Shown here: piece after piece, positions 63,866 through 64,000 of the stretch
How positions within the stretch are numbered: position 1 is the first letter of the stretch
Layout of the letters: each line of letters opens with the position of its first letter
NCBI GenBank assembly: GCA_039808985.1
Contig: JBDHUC010000004.1
Span: forward strand, 26,050 to 90,049
Reading direction: 5' to 3'
From: Alphaproteobacteria bacterium
Lineage (GTDB): Bacteria; Pseudomonadota; Alphaproteobacteria; Rickettsiales; SXRF01
Length of the DNA: 64,000 nucleotides
The notes under the pieces: model-generated
Seen by the model: only the letters and a program-made list of their open reading frames with translations
Database searches by the model: none
Told to the model about the DNA's origin: nothing
Made by a program: the position numbers and the translations under genes

Positions 63866-64000
63866 ATGCCGTTGTACGAAAGCACTTTTATCACCCGCCA
63901 GGACCTGTCCCGCCAGGACATCACCAAACTCACAGAAAGCATGGGCACTATCGTTTCCCAGGGCGGTGGAAAAGTTGTAAAAGACGAGTATTGGGGCCTG
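63866..64000 (+). CDS. rpsF: 30S ribosomal protein S6 (5' part; continues right of the window)
   Basis: MPLYESTFITRQDLSRQDI...KDEYWGL is the S6 N-terminus. AGGAG upstream. Confidence 0.88.
   Translation, partial: MPLYESTFITRQDLSRQDITKLTESMGTIVSQGGGKVVKDEYWGL

Overview
This window looks like chromosomal DNA from an alphaproteobacterium. The conserved blocks are ntrY-ntrX, pyrG-secG-tpiA, ppiD-trpE-trpG-trpD-trpC, fabD-fabG-acpP-fabF-mltG, and a flagellar cluster fliF-fliG-fliH-fliN-flbD-flhA-flhF-flhG with a FliK-like gene. There is also a type IV secretion operon, virB3-virB4 followed by three virB6 paralogs. That layout is typical of the rvh systems of Rickettsiales/Holosporales-like intracellular bacteria; this lineage assignment is inference, and no species is claimed. 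Other housekeeping genes are ilvD, map, rnd, coaD, radC, a P-type ATPase, tRNA-His and the start of rpsF. No rRNA, CRISPR array, integrase or transposase was recognised.

The most unusual property, visible directly in the sequence, is dense colonisation by at least six families of small palindromic (hairpin) repeat elements.
- Most families share GTCAT...ATGAC-type ends.
- They nest inside each other.
- Several copies sit in-frame inside intact genes: ilvD, an orphan ORF upstream of the T4SS, and the C-terminus of a fatty-acid hydroxylase.
- Four insertions are flanked by unusually long direct duplications (about 21-34 bp). Two of these regenerate a gene terminus: the flhA start and the rnd stop.
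- Two hairpin types also occur as cargo-carrying cassettes. A GIY-YIG nuclease gene is bracketed by family-D hairpins at the flhA start. Two four-helix-bundle genes (23S-IVS/Avd superfamily) are bracketed by heptamer-rich inverted repeats and wedged inside ntrY-ntrX and fabD-fabG. Cargo-less versions of the latter hairpins fill the intergenic gaps of the flagellar operon.

I consider this cargo / cargo-less hairpin element system the best candidate for undescribed biology in the window.

Secondary candidates are several orphan gene sets without recognisable domains or with divergent ones. These are tandem HExxH M48-like paralogs, tandem 190-aa paralogs, a translationally coupled 77-aa + 507-aa pair, and two basic ORFs upstream of virB3. 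They could be T4SS substrates or regulators.

All functional calls rest on my recognition of motifs in the supplied translations. No database search was run.
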